Notes: generated from the letters alone by a model not told the origin. A stretch of 64,000 bases of DNA from Alphaproteobacteria bacterium 46_93_T64 (GCA_002163135.1 MAAN01000020.1:9250-73249), one strand, 5' to 3'; shown: positions 28,621-39,029, counted from the first letter of the stretch. Numbers and translations: made by a program.

Positions 28621-29502
28621 TTAATCTTCTTCCGCTTCAAGTTCAGCTTCTCTTTTTTCCCGTTTTTTCTCAACCAAAAGAACACTCAAGATCGAGATAC
28701 CATACAAAATGATGATCGGGACCGCCAATGCGATCTGAGATAACGGATCGGGCGGCGTTAAAACAGCTGCAGCAATAAACGCGAACACCACAGCGTATTT
28801 GAACTTCGCTTTAAGTCCTTTGGACGAAACAATTCCAACGCGGCCGAGCAAAGTTAGTAACACAGGTAGCTGAAAACAAAGACCGAAAGCAAAAATCAAC
28901 TTCATCGACAGACTAAGATACTCACTCACTCGAGTTTCTGCCTGAATAGGAAGCGCCATGGGTGCTGAAGGGGTCGGCAAATACTGCTGCATCACCGGAA
29001 ATTGTGCGATAATCGCATTAAATCCGTCTGAATAGAGGGAAGTGCTCCCGTTCGATTCAAAACTCAATAAAAACTTCCACGCCAAAGGCATAACAAGTTC
29101 ATACGCTAATGCTCCGCCCATAAAAAACAGGATTGGCGTCGCAATAAGAAACGGAAGAAATGCTTTCTTCTCGTGCTTATAAAGGCCTGGCGCCACAAAT
29201 GCCCATATTTGAACAGAAATAATGGGGAATGACACAAACAAAGCCACAAAGAACGCAATTTTGATATTTGTGAAAAAGGCTTCATGAAGGCCGGTGAAAA
29301 TCATCCGGCGTCCTTCAAGATCATCCCCGAAAGCAGCTTCCAAGGGACGCACCAAAAACGCAAATAATTCCGGACTGATGATGTAACACAATATGAAAGC
29401 AACTAGAAGCGCCACAACCGAATATACAAGACGGTTACGAAACTCGACGATATGCGACATCAAGGGAGCCTTGCTGTCTTCAATATTACTATCTGCTTGC
29501 AT
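28621..29502 (-). CDS. tatC: Twin-arginine translocase subunit TatC
   Basis: PLMSHIVEFRNRL and a 6-TM profile. Its start overlaps the tatB stop by 1 nt (TGATG). Confidence 0.93.
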   Translation of the reverse strand: MQADSNIEDSKAPLMSHIVEFRNRLVYSVVALLVAFILCYIISPELFAFLVRPLEAAFGDDLEGRRMIFTGLHEAFFTNIKIAFFVALFVSFPIISVQIWAFVAPGLYKHEKKAFLPFLIATPILFFMGGALAYELVMPLAWKFLLSFESNGSTSLYSDGFNAIIAQFPVMQQYLPTPSAPMALPIQAETRVSEYLSLSMKLIFAFGLCFQLPVLLTLLGRVGIVSSKGLKAKFKYAVVFAFIAAAVLTPPDPLSQIALAVPIIILYGISILSVLLVEKKREKREAELEAEED

Positions 29503-29918
29503 CAGGATGAAACTTTTGTATCAGCTGTGGTCTCACTGTCCGCTTCGAGCGAGCCACTAATGGCATTCTCGGTAGGCAGGTCCACATTTTCAGTACTATT
29601 ATCAGAGGCAGGTGTGTCATCGACGATATTTGGTTTCACATCATCAAACATTTTTGAAAAATCACCTGTTGGATCAACAGCGTCTTCAACCTGCTTTTTG
29701 ATATTGAAATCATCACCTTGAAAGGACTTCTTCAAATCGTCCAACTCTGCATCACGAGCCAGATCATCAATACCAGTTTGAAATTCACGCGCAAAGCCAC
29801 GGGCTTTGCGAATGTACTTCCCTATCGTTGCGATAGTTTTCGGTAAATCCTTTGGCCCAATGACCAACACTGCGATGATGCCAATAAACACCATCTCCGA
29901 CCAGCCAATATCAAACAT
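29502..29918 (-). CDS. tatB: Twin-arginine translocase subunit TatB
   Basis: MFDIGWSEMVFIGIIAVLVIGPKDLPK, followed by an amphipathic helix and an acidic tail. Confidence 0.85.
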   Translation of the reverse strand: MFDIGWSEMVFIGIIAVLVIGPKDLPKTIATIGKYIRKARGFAREFQTGIDDLARDAELDDLKKSFQGDDFNIKKQVEDAVDPTGDFSKMFDDVKPNIVDDTPASDNSTENVDLPTENAISGSLEADSETTADTKVSS

Positions 29919-29966
29919 GGCACACCATTATGCTAACCTCTCCGGAAGGAATAGATGTAAGGACAA

Positions 29967-30191
29967 TCAGCCTTGCGCTGCTTTGTCCTTGTCTTCCGCA
30001 GCTTCTTTAGAGGAGCTAACGTCTTTGATTTCTTTTTTGTCGTCTGAGGCGGTATCTTCTTCATTCATACCGCTTTTGAAATTTTTGATACCTTTTGCCA
30101 AATCACCAGCTACGCGTGGTAATTTACCAGCACCGAAAATGATGAGCACGATGACGAGGATCAAAATAATCTGCCAAGGACCAATACTCAT
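29967..30191 (-). CDS. tatA: Twin-arginine translocase subunit TatA
   Basis: MSIGPWQIILILVIVLIIFGAGKLP. Confidence 0.9.
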   Translation of the reverse strand: MSIGPWQIILILVIVLIIFGAGKLPRVAGDLAKGIKNFKSGMNEEDTASDDKKEIKDVSSSKEAAEDKDKAAQG

Positions 30192-30207
30192 AATAAAAAA
30201 CTCCTGA

Positions 30208-30223
30208 TCTCACATTTGTGAGA
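30208..30223. promoter_or_regulatory. 16-bp palindrome just upstream of the tatA SD
   Basis: TCTCACATTTGTGAGA (7-bp arms) ends 5 nt from the AGGAG of tatA on the minus strand. Confidence 0.25.
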
Positions 30224-30379
30224 CATAAAAAATAAATTTAGCTGCTGCTCACCTGCGAGGCTCTCCCTGCCACCGAGGATCAATGCAACAATCTCCCATG
30301 ACCCTATATAACCATGAAACAGCTAAGATACGACAGTTATTTTTGATAACAATGCAGCTATTTTTCTATTGACGCGGCC

Positions 30380-31423
30380 TTAACCATCTGAAAACAAGAA
30401 AACTTGATGTCGGTCAAGAGAAATAGAACAAATTTGCCCTTCCTCAGGTTGCAGAACCGTAGCGGCACGGGCGGTTACCCGACGCCCTGACGGCAATTCA
30501 AGCACAATGAGAGAAAACGGCCCCAGGCTTCGAGTTTCAATGGCCTTGGCCGTCACTTCTCCCTCGCCTCTTACAGGTCCAAGTCTGATGGCTTCTGGCC
30601 TGATAAGCACTTCACATTCTCCGATATCATGGCGTGCCTCGGCGTGAGGGACCTGACCAAGCTCGGTTTCAAGAATGCCATCGACTGAGGTTGCGGCAAC
30701 CCGGTTCACGCTTCCGAGAAAAGAAGCCACGAACTCGTCCACTGGCTTACTATAAAGTTCCGCCGGAGTTCCCTGCTGAATGACAGAGCCATCTTTCATC
30801 AGAATTATTCGGTCGGCCATTCGCATTGCCTCTTCCGGATCATGAGTCACCAAAAGAACAGTCGTTTTACTTTCTTTCAATATTTTAAACGTTTCTTCGC
30901 GCACAAAATTACGAAGTACGGTATCCAGCCCAGAGAAAGGCTCATCCATCAACAATAGCCGCGGATTAGGTGCGAGAGCGCGGGCCAGAGCCACACGTTG
31001 CTGTTCTCCGCCAGACAGCATATGCGGATATTTTCCTGCATCTTCCAGCAATCTCATACGCTTCAATATGGGCCCTGCTATTGCTTCACGTTTTTGTTTC
31101 GTTTCATCGGAAAGCCCAAAGGTTACATTTCCCATGATAGTCAAATGCGGGAAAAGCGCATAATCTTGAAAGACCAATCCAACACGTCGATCCTCGGCTC
31201 CAACAAAATGATTTTTTTCTGCAACACATTGATCGCCGATATAGATCTCACCGCTTTCGGGTTGATCCAGCCCCGCCGCCAGCCGTAATGTCGTAGATTT
31301 GCCGCAACCAGAAGGCCCAAGCAGACAAACGATTTCGCCGGCATTAACAGTAAGGTTTTCGATCTGCACAACAAAATCACCGCCGTTTCTGTGCTTCAGA
31401 TTTGAAATGACCAGTTTACTCAT
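30380..31423 (-). CDS. ABC transporter ATP-binding protein (Fe3+/polyamine-type, FbpC-like)
   Basis: Walker A GPSGCGKST, signature LSGGEQQR, Walker B LLMDEPFSGLD, plus a C-terminal TOBE-like regulatory extension. Confidence 0.9.
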   Translation of the reverse strand: MSKLVISNLKHRNGGDFVVQIENLTVNAGEIVCLLGPSGCGKSTTLRLAAGLDQPESGEIYIGDQCVAEKNHFVGAEDRRVGLVFQDYALFPHLTIMGNVTFGLSDETKQKREAIAGPILKRMRLLEDAGKYPHMLSGGEQQRVALARALAPNPRLLLMDEPFSGLDTVLRNFVREETFKILKESKTTVLLVTHDPEEAMRMADRIILMKDGSVIQQGTPAELYSKPVDEFVASFLGSVNRVAATSVDGILETELGQVPHAEARHDIGECEVLIRPEAIRLGPVRGEGEVTAKAIETRSLGPFSLIVLELPSGRRVTARAATVLQPEEGQICSISLDRHQVFLFSDG

Positions 31424-31426
31424 AAT

Positions 31427-33127
31427 CTAACCTTCAGATCCTTGGCCCGGACGAGAACGACCAATTGCCCGGCTTAAAATAATAACTGGAATAATTCCGG
31501 CGGCAACAATGGCAATTGAAGGCCCTGCAGCTTCCGCCAATCTTTCATCGGATGCTAACTCATAGGCCCTCACGGCCAGTGTCTCAAAACCAAATGGCCG
31601 CAGGATCAAAGTCGCCGGCAATTCTTTCAAAACATCAACAAACACCATCAGCAGGGCTGTTAGTATACTTCCAAATATAATGGGGATGTGAACTCTGAAA
31701 ATTGCTTTTATCCCGGTAACGCCCATGGTTCTGGCAGCCCGTTCCATATTTGGTGTAATCTTCTCAACACTTGCTTCTACTGTATTCAGTGAAACTGCAA
31801 GAAAGCGAACCACATATGCAAACATCAACGCAAACATAGTTCCGCTCAAAATCAAACCTGTAGACACCCCAAAGGTTTCTCTCATGAAACCGTCAACAGA
31901 ATTATCAACAAATCCAAAGGGAATCATGATACCAACCGCCAAGACAGGACCCGGGATGGCATATCCCATGCCCGCAACGCGCACAGAGATTTTTCGAAGT
32001 GAAAAACTGTTCTGCTGGCGATCCTGCCGTTTAGTGTAGACCAGAAACATTGCAATGATCAGTGCAACAACGCTTGCAACAAAAGCGACTGAAATACTGC
32101 TAAAGACAAGAGACGGGAACTCACGATTTAAGACAGTTTCGGGATATATAAAACTCTTATTTAGCAACCAACCAACAGGCAGTAAAAATCCGAAAAATAC
32201 TGGTAGGAAACACGCGGCACTACAAATAATAGATTTCCAACCTTTCAATTTCTGTCGTCTGATGGTTTGGTAGCGCCCACCTGTGTGGTGATACTTTCTC
32301 TCCCCCCGGCTAATTCTTTCCAGAATGACCAGAAGGAAAACAAATCCCATCAACATCGCAGCCAATTGGGCCGCCGCCGCAGGTTCACCTAACCCGAGCC
32401 AAGTACGATATATTCCCGTGGTAAAGGTATCCACAGCAAAATATTGAACTGTCCCAAAATCACTTAAGGTTTCCATCAGCGCCAAAGCCAAACCAGCGAC
32501 GATTGCAGGACGTGCAAGGGGTAAGGCAATACTGTAAAAAACCTGAAATGGGCGCCGTCCAAGTGTGCGCCCTACTTCCAGCGCAGCAACAGATTGTTCC
32601 AAAAACGCGGCCCGACTAACAAGATAGACATAAGGGTATAAGACAAGCCCCAGCATCAGTGCAGCTCCGCCGACACTACGCATTTGTGGGAACCAGTAAT
32701 CATTTCGCGTCCAGCCGAATATTTCTCTGAGCAGCGATTGAACTGGGCCTGCATAATCAAACATACCAGTATAGGTATACGCAATAATATAGGCTGGCAT
32801 GGCAAGAGGCAAAAAAAGCGCCCATGTAAACTGCTGACGTCCAGCAAAATCATACATGGTAACAAACCATGCGCAACTCACTCCGATCAATAAGACCAGC
32901 GCGGACACTCCAACAGCAAGGATTACTGTGTTTAGTAGGTAATTTGGAAGAACCGTGGTGGCAAGATGCTGCCAGATGTCGCCAGTAGGAACAAATATAA
33001 ATCCGACGACGATCAAAATTGGGATCGCAATTAAAAATGCCACAACTAGGGCAAGGCCGGAAACTGATTGTTGTTTCAAACGGGTCAGTAAACGGGGATC
33101 GCGTATATAAGGTTCAACAACCGCCAA
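31427..33127 (-). CDS. Iron(III)-type ABC transporter permease (fused double permease, FbpB-like)
   Basis: 566 aa with two permease modules and about 12 TM helices. Apparent TTG start. No binding-protein gene is adjacent. Confidence 0.88.
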   Translation of the reverse strand: MAVVEPYIRDPRLLTRLKQQSVSGLALVVAFLIAIPILIVVGFIFVPTGDIWQHLATTVLPNYLLNTVILAVGVSALVLLIGVSCAWFVTMYDFAGRQQFTWALFLPLAMPAYIIAYTYTGMFDYAGPVQSLLREIFGWTRNDYWFPQMRSVGGAALMLGLVLYPYVYLVSRAAFLEQSVAALEVGRTLGRRPFQVFYSIALPLARPAIVAGLALALMETLSDFGTVQYFAVDTFTTGIYRTWLGLGEPAAAAQLAAMLMGFVFLLVILERISRGERKYHHTGGRYQTIRRQKLKGWKSIICSAACFLPVFFGFLLPVGWLLNKSFIYPETVLNREFPSLVFSSISVAFVASVVALIIAMFLVYTKRQDRQQNSFSLRKISVRVAGMGYAIPGPVLAVGIMIPFGFVDNSVDGFMRETFGVSTGLILSGTMFALMFAYVVRFLAVSLNTVEASVEKITPNMERAARTMGVTGIKAIFRVHIPIIFGSILTALLMVFVDVLKELPATLILRPFGFETLAVRAYELASDERLAEAAGPSIAIVAAGIIPVIILSRAIGRSRPGQGSEG

Positions 33128-33317
33128 AAGTCATGTTCCTCAAGACATCAGGATATATCCACTGAATAGGCCCAAAGGTGCCTTATGTAAATAAGAATTA
33201 TTAGCAGAGAGCTGCGTCAAACAGCCGCGCACCAGCATGAAATGTGACGGAAGTAACAGACAGATTCTTCAAAAATTGGACAATGTTCTAAATGAAATAA
33301 TGTTATGGGGGAATTTG

Positions 33318-34184
33318 ATGCGAATACTGGTTCTTGGGGCAACTGGATATATTGGAAGTGCGATTGTCGATGAACTGAAAAACAATGATCATGATGTAAT
33401 CGCCCTAGCCCGCTCCTCAGAGGCTGAAGAAAAGTTACTGGCAAAAAATATAGAGATTGTCCGTGGTGATATTCGCTCTCCGCATAATTGGTCACATGTG
33501 GTCCAGAATGTAGATGCAATCATCCATACCGCAGCGACCTTTACCGATGATATGGGCGATGTTGATCTTACGCTGGTTCAGGAACTCATTTCTGCCTGTG
33601 AAAAATTCTCCAACAGGTTACGCTTTATCTATACCGGAGGTGTCTGGTTATATGGTGAAACAGGAAGCAATATTGCAACTGAGGACACAGCCTATAATCC
33701 AATCAACGCTTTTGCATGGATGATCCAGAACGCAAAGATCGTTCAAGCGGCCTCTTGCTTTGATGCGATAACCCTACACCCCTCTATTGTATGGGACCGT
33801 GATGGCGGTGGATTGTCGCGATTTATCACAAGCATAAAAGAAAAAGGACGCGCCGAAGTTTGGGGATCCCTCGAGACCCACTGGCCCATGGTCCATAGAG
33901 AAGATCTTGCTTCTGCTTATCGACTTGCCGTTGAAAGCAACCTCTCCAACGATACGTTTAATCTCACAACAGAAGAGGGCGTGTTGGTTCGAGATATCAT
34001 TCAGAAACTTGATAGGCGTTTTGATGTCTCAAAGGACGCCTTAATCATTCCGGCTGATGATGTCATTACCGGTCAAGGCGATTGGGCTCAAGGTCCCATG
34101 CTGGATCAACGGATGAGCGCACAAAAATTTCACGATGCCTTTGATTGGACTGTCCAACACCGAAACGTTCTTTCTGAAATCTAA
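33318..34184 (+). CDS. NAD-dependent epimerase/dehydratase family protein
   Basis: MRILVLGATGYIGSAIV Rossmann motif at the ATG at 33318, preceded by GGGGGA. The longer ORF from 33237 was not used. Confidence 0.8.
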   Translation: MRILVLGATGYIGSAIVDELKNNDHDVIALARSSEAEEKLLAKNIEIVRGDIRSPHNWSHVVQNVDAIIHTAATFTDDMGDVDLTLVQELISACEKFSNRLRFIYTGGVWLYGETGSNIATEDTAYNPINAFAWMIQNAKIVQAASCFDAITLHPSIVWDRDGGGLSRFITSIKEKGRAEVWGSLETHWPMVHREDLASAYRLAVESNLSNDTFNLTTEEGVLVRDIIQKLDRRFDVSKDALIIPADDVITGQGDWAQGPMLDQRMSAQKFHDAFDWTVQHRNVLSEI

Positions 34185-34239
34185 AGAGATAATCTGTATC
34201 GCCTCTCAAGGTGAGTTGCGATACAGATCACTTTGTCTG

Positions 34240-34911
34240 TTAAGAGCCCAAGCCAACAGTAGCTTTTCGGAAAGTACTCATACGAACGTCTTCCGGAAGA
34301 TCTCCTAGTGCTTCGATTGCTTTGGCATATGCTGGGCGTGACATGCAGCGATCAAACCACGCCTTAACGTTTGGCCAATCGGCCATATCCCAGCCCACGC
34401 GCTCAACCGGTCCCATCCATGCCATAGATGCAACGTCTGCTATTGAATACTCGTCAGCCAGAAACGATCGACCTTCTAACCGTGTATCAAGAACCGATAG
34501 CAACCGTCGTGTTTCAGTGTGGTACCGGTTTGTCGCTTCGGGAATCGTGTTTTCGAACGCGGCTGCAAATACAAGCAGTTGACCAAACATTGGGCCCAAG
34601 CCTCCCATTTGCCACATAAGCCATTGAGTCACTTCTGATTTTTCTTTCGGATCAGTCGGCATCAAGGTTTTATGTTTTTCTGCGAGATATTGAAGGATCG
34701 CACCAGATTCAATAACAATAAAATCGTTTGCGTCATGATCAACCAGAACCGGAATTCTACCGTTTGGGTTTATTTTTAGAAACTCTGGTGTTTTTTGTTC
34801 TTCTTTTCCAAAATCCACTTTTACTGATTTGTATTGGGCGCCTAACTCTTCCAGCATGATAAGGACTTTTAGTGGATTGGGTGTTGCTTCAGTATAGAGG
34901 GTATAAGTCAT
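34240..34911 (-). CDS. Glutathione S-transferase (Nu-class, YfcG-like)
   Basis: TPNPLKVLIMLEELG...FLKINPNGRIPVLVDHD is typical of the YfcG/YghU group. Confidence 0.85.
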   Translation of the reverse strand: MTYTLYTEATPNPLKVLIMLEELGAQYKSVKVDFGKEEQKTPEFLKINPNGRIPVLVDHDANDFIVIESGAILQYLAEKHKTLMPTDPKEKSEVTQWLMWQMGGLGPMFGQLLVFAAAFENTIPEATNRYHTETRRLLSVLDTRLEGRSFLADEYSIADVASMAWMGPVERVGWDMADWPNVKAWFDRCMSRPAYAKAIEALGDLPEDVRMSTFRKATVGLGS

Positions 34912-35001
34912 ATTAACTCCGAGACATTAATTAGCCGACGATGTCGTTTCGTCGATCTTGCCCTCTAAACATAACCACCCATAACTTCACCAGTAGTGCT
35001 C

Positions 35002-35044
35002 AAAAGCAAACACCTACGGTGCATAATTGCACCCATGTATGATT
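35002..35044 (+). repeat. Direct repeat copy A (43 nt)
   Basis: AAAAGCAAACACCTACGGTGCATAATTGCACCCATGTATGATT matches 38121-38163 at 35/43 positions. It contains GTGCA-N4-TGCAC and an ATG followed by only two sense codons before TAG. Confidence 0.8.
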
Positions 35045-35241
35045 AGAACAGTTCACTGGTTGATTATATTCGCCGTTTGAAACTTGACATCCAAGGTTCC
35101 AAATTGCGGATATCGGATAAGCATCAAGCTAATTTAATTCCCTCGTTGACTAAACTCTCTTATGATTGGTGACGCAATAAAGGTTGTCTGGACAATATCG
35201 GACGACAATAGTCCTGTTCCCGAAAGTTGAATTGAATTCAT

Positions 35242-38037
35242 ATGGATAACGTCAGTGATAAATCGGAGAGTTTAGAGCTTCAGAAAGAGAACCGCCTCCT
35301 CCGACAGAAACTTGCGAATGCAGAGCAGAAAAACCTTCTCCTAGACTATCTCGTTGAGAATTCAGAGGATATCATCGCCGGTTTGAATAAAGAAGGGCGC
35401 GTTATTTTCGTAAGCCCCTCCATCGAAACAACACTCGGATATAAACCTCACGAACGCATTGGAAAATTATCTCAGGATATTATCCATCCGGATGATCTGG
35501 AAAGTGTCGCCCAATTAAGAGACAGCGTCTTCGGAAACACCAAACAATTCAAAATCCAATATCGTCTACGGCACAAGGAAGGGCACTGGGTCACCGTTGA
35601 GACTAGCAGTATTGCAACATCTCAAGTTGAGGAAACCGTCCTCCTCCTGAGTTCACGCGACCTCTCTCGCCGCCTAGAATCCCACCGAGAGCTATCGGAT
35701 CTAGAGAGCAATTTTTCTCAAATTTTCAATGCAAGTCCAGACTTATTGTCCATTTCTGATCTGGAAAGTTCAACCTATTACGCAGTCAATGATACATGGC
35801 TAAAATTCCATCACCGCTCGAGGGAAGAGGTAATCGGCAAAGATGCCTCTCAGTTGGGCCTCTGGATAAAACCGTATGATAGGCAGAAATTCATCGACGA
35901 TTTGAAAGAAAAGGGCTTTATCGAGAATCTCGAAGTTCAAATCGGATCCGAACACGCTGCGGCACGGACCTTTGTCACTTATGGAGAGATAATCAACTTC
36001 AACGAAAAGAGGTGCTGTTTCACTGTCTCCATGGATATTACCGAGCGGAAAAAAAATGAAGATAAGCTGCGGCAATCTGAACTCTGGTTGCAGACATTGT
36101 TTAACACAAGCCCTGCCCTGACGACTGTCTCAAATCTGAAGACATCAGAACTCCTACATGTAAATGATGCCTGGTTATTGGGATACGGTTTCACTCGGGA
36201 AGAAGTCATTGGCAAGAATGCGATCGATTTGGATCTTTGGGTAAATGTTTCTGACCGAAACAAGTTTGTCGAGAACCTATCCCGGGACGGGTTTGTTCGA
36301 GACATGGAAATACCATTTCAATGCAAAGACGGCACCATAAAAACGGTGCTGTATTCCGGTGATATCATTCATATGGATGGCCAGGCGCGATTACATGCAG
36401 TTGCTGTCGATATCACTGAACGGAAAGACAAGGATCGAGAGCTCGAGCTTTATAGAGATCACCTAAAAGGACTGGTAAAGGAACAAACGGCAGAGCTTGA
36501 AAAAAGCAGAGAACTCTTCCGGGAATTTGCTGAAAATGCAGTTGATTGGCTGTGGGAAACAAATGCCGATCTGCAGTTTACAGAGCTTAGCGGAAAATTT
36601 GAGGACGTGTTAGGCATCAAGAGGGAAGATATTATTGGAAACACTTGGCAGGAAATCCTTGTGCAACCACAAGTCAATTCATCTCCACAGTGGCAACAGC
36701 ATTTGCAGGAAATTAATGATCACCATCATTACCGGGTTGTTGAAGTTGTCTGGACGAAGCCTGATGGCAATAGTCGACATATTAGTCTGAGTGGTAGCCC
36801 AAGGTTTGATGATAAGGGAACTTTTTTGGGATATCTTGGAGCTGGACGGGATGTCACCCACAACCGACAACTGGAAGAACAGGTTCGCCGCGCGCAAAAA
36901 ATGAAAGCTGTTGGCCAGCTGACCGGAGGAATAGCCCATGATTTCAATAATATACTGGGTATTGTTCAAGGCAATCTCGAACTGATCGAGGACCTTGTTG
37001 CTGATAATGAGAATGCCTTGGAGCGGGTGTCTAAAGCACAAAAAGGTGTTACGCGCGGAACGGAAATCACAAGAAAACTTCTTGGGTTTTCTAGCAAGCA
37101 AACCGGTGAAGTCAGGATAACCTCCATCAATACATTCATCAAAAACATCGAAGACCTGATCGCCAAATCTCTCACGGCTTCTATTGATGTTGAAACACTT
37201 ATTGATGAAGGTCTTTGGTCAGCTGCCGTTGATCCCGGCGATCTTGAAGACGCGCTCGTCAATCTTTCACTCAATGCCCGGGATGCGATGCCGGACGGCG
37301 GAACGCTGTCTATCGAGACGACGAACAAGGTTTTTGATGAAAGCAACATACGACTATATCCAGAGATACATGCGGGTGAATATGTCATGATTTCGGTCAG
37401 TGATACAGGCGTGGGAATGGCCGCTGATATCAAGGACAAGGTATTTGAACCCTTTTTCACAACGAAGGAGCAAGGCAAGGGCACTGGCCTTGGGTTGAGC
37501 ATGGTTTACGGATTTGTCCAAAGATCCAATGGCCATCTCAATATTTATTCTGAACTGGGTAAGGGAACCACAGTTCACCTTTTCCTGCCAAGATCGAAGA
37601 CCAGCGGTGCTGATACCCGTATCAACGACAGTAAAACCGCTGATCTGCCTACTGGGAATGAAACCATCCTGATTGTCGATGATGAGGAGGGGCTGCGAGA
37701 TGTCACCGCTTCTTACTTAAAAACGCTCGGCTATACGACAATTGCCGCAGAAAATGCAGATCAGGCAATCGAGATTCTTGGAAACAATAGGGATATTGAC
37801 CTCTTGTTTAGCGATGTTGTCATGCCGGGAGGTATTGACGGATACCAGCTGGCTTCCATAGCTCACGAACAATGGCCATCTTTGAAAGTTCTTTTGACAA
37901 GCGGCTTTACAGGGAAAGAAAAATCCCTCAGAGAAAGTAATGACGAATACCTGATAGAATTGAACGAACAATTACTGGGAAAACCCTACAACATGTCTGA
38001 GCTGGCACTTGCCCTTCGCAAAGCCATCAAGATTTAG
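35242..38037 (+). CDS. Hybrid sensor histidine kinase/response regulator with four PAS domains
   Basis: Coiled-coil N-terminus, four PAS modules, H-box [12 protein letters not shown], HATPase ([11 protein letters not shown]) and a C-terminal receiver ([11 protein letters not shown]...[11 protein letters not shown]). Confidence 0.92.
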   Translation: MDNVSDKSESLELQKENRLLRQKLANAEQKNLLLDYLVENSEDIIAGLNKEGRVIFVSPSIETTLGYKPHERIGKLSQDIIHPDDLESVAQLRDSVFGNTKQFKIQYRLRHKEGHWVTVETSSIATSQVEETVLLLSSRDLSRRLESHRELSDLESNFSQIFNASPDLLSISDLESSTYYAVNDTWLKFHHRSREEVIGKDASQLGLWIKPYDRQKFIDDLKEKGFIENLEVQIGSEHAAARTFVTYGEIINFNEKRCCFTVSMDITERKKNEDKLRQSELWLQTLFNTSPALTTVSNLKTSELLHVNDAWLLGYGFTREEVIGKNAIDLDLWVNVSDRNKFVENLSRDGFVRDMEIPFQCKDGTIKTVLYSGDIIHMDGQARLHAVAVDITERKDKDRELELYRDHLKGLVKEQTAELEKSRELFREFAENAVDWLWETNADLQFTELSGKFEDVLGIKREDIIGNTWQEILVQPQVNSSPQWQQHLQEINDHHHYRVVEVVWTKPDGNSRHISLSGSPRFDDKGTFLGYLGAGRDVTHNRQLEEQVRRAQKMKAVGQLTGGIAHDFNNILGIVQGNLELIEDLVADNENALERVSKAQKGVTRGTEITRKLLGFSSKQTGEVRITSINTFIKNIEDLIAKSLTASIDVETLIDEGLWSAAVDPGDLEDALVNLSLNARDAMPDGGTLSIETTNKVFDESNIRLYPEIHAGEYVMISVSDTGVGMAADIKDKVFEPFFTTKEQGKGTGLGLSMVYGFVQRSNGHLNIYSELGKGTTVHLFLPRSKTSGADTRINDSKTADLPTGNETILIVDDEEGLRDVTASYLKTLGYTTIAAENADQAIEILGNNRDIDLLFSDVVMPGGIDGYQLASIAHEQWPSLKVLLTSGFTGKEKSLRESNDEYLIELNEQLLGKPYNMSELALALRKAIKI

Positions 38038-38120
38038 CACTAACGTTAATGGCGAAACTTCTAGTGAGTGTATTCCATTTGCCCAACATCTGATTGTCTA
38101 AATACGAACCATTCGCATTG

Positions 38121-38163
38121 AAATGCAAACGCACATGGTGCATAAACGCACCCATGTTTGATT
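38121..38163 (+). repeat. Direct repeat copy B (43 nt), includes the LysR start codon
   Basis: AAATGCAAACGCACATGGTGCATAAACGCACCCATGTTTGATT. The ATG at 38154 opens the LysR reading frame (MFDWDNIRIF). Confidence 0.8.
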
Positions 38164-39029
38164 GGGATAATATTCGAATATTTCTCCATGTGGCCCGAAG
38201 CGGATCTATTCGCGGCGCGGCATCCGTGCTAGGTGTCAACCATGCAACCGTATTACGCCGTATTGCCAGCATGGAAGAACAACTGGGGGCAAGACTGTTT
38301 GAACGCTTTCCCACAGGCTATCAAATCACGTCTACTGGTGAAGAAATTCTCATTCTAGCCGAGGAGATGGAGGCGAATGCAATTGCTGTTGAACGGCAGG
38401 TCTTTGGCCGTGATACGGCTCTTACCGGATCTCTCCGTGTCACATTACCTCAACTTCTCGCTACCCATCTTTTCATGCCGGATTTCGCCGAATTTTCGAA
38501 ACGATACCCTGGTATTGATTTAGAAATCATTGCATCAACTGACCCCTTTAACCTCACGAAACGTCATGCCGATGTTGCTCTTCGTGTGGCGTATGGTACA
38601 CCGCCAGAAAACTTGGTTGGTCGCAAACTCTCAAGCATCGTTCGTACGGTGTATGCATCGCAAAAATACAAAGAAGAACAACAGGTCAATCAGCTTCCAT
38701 GGATCATAAAGGAAGAAGACGGCGCGCCTCCCGCATGGGCACTTACAGGTCACGGCCCCAAAAGCCCAAAAACAATGATTGTGAATGATCCCCTCACCCA
38801 ATTATTGGCAACACGTGAGGGAATTGGGCGTTGCGTGCATTTTTGCTTTATGGGAGATCCGGATCCCGGTCTATATAGGGTGTCGCCCGACAATGTTAAA
38901 CACTATGGCGATTTGTGGATCTTAACTCACGGGGATCTTCGTAGAGTGCCACGCGTAGAAGCGTTTACGAAATTCATGGTGGAAGCCGTTCTAAAAAAGC
39001 GAAACTCTCTTGAAGGTGTTTTGGAGTAA
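38154..39029 (+). CDS. LysR family transcriptional regulator
   Basis: MFDWDNIRIFLHVARSGSIRGAASVLGVNHATVLRRIASMEEQLGARLFER wHTH followed by a substrate-binding domain. ATG at 38154. Confidence 0.9.
   Translation: MFDWDNIRIFLHVARSGSIRGAASVLGVNHATVLRRIASMEEQLGARLFERFPTGYQITSTGEEILILAEEMEANAIAVERQVFGRDTALTGSLRVTLPQLLATHLFMPDFAEFSKRYPGIDLEIIASTDPFNLTKRHADVALRVAYGTPPENLVGRKLSSIVRTVYASQKYKEEQQVNQLPWIIKEEDGAPPAWALTGHGPKSPKTMIVNDPLTQLLATREGIGRCVHFCFMGDPDPGLYRVSPDNVKHYGDLWILTHGDLRRVPRVEAFTKFMVEAVLKKRNSLEGVLE

Noticed and set aside
35034-35241. Possible degraded LysR N-terminus following repeat copy A
   Set aside because: Beyond the ATG-TAT-GAT-TAG stub, only a trivial D-x-I-R resemblance to the LysR N-terminus could be found in any frame. 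That is insufficient to call a pseudogene. I keep it only as part of the repeat observation.
36966-37502. 178-aa antisense ORF (and several 70-140-aa ones) within the hybrid kinase gene
   Set aside because: It is fully nested opposite a gene with clear PAS/HisKA/HATPase/REC motifs, and its Ser/Pro/Leu-rich product has no motifs.
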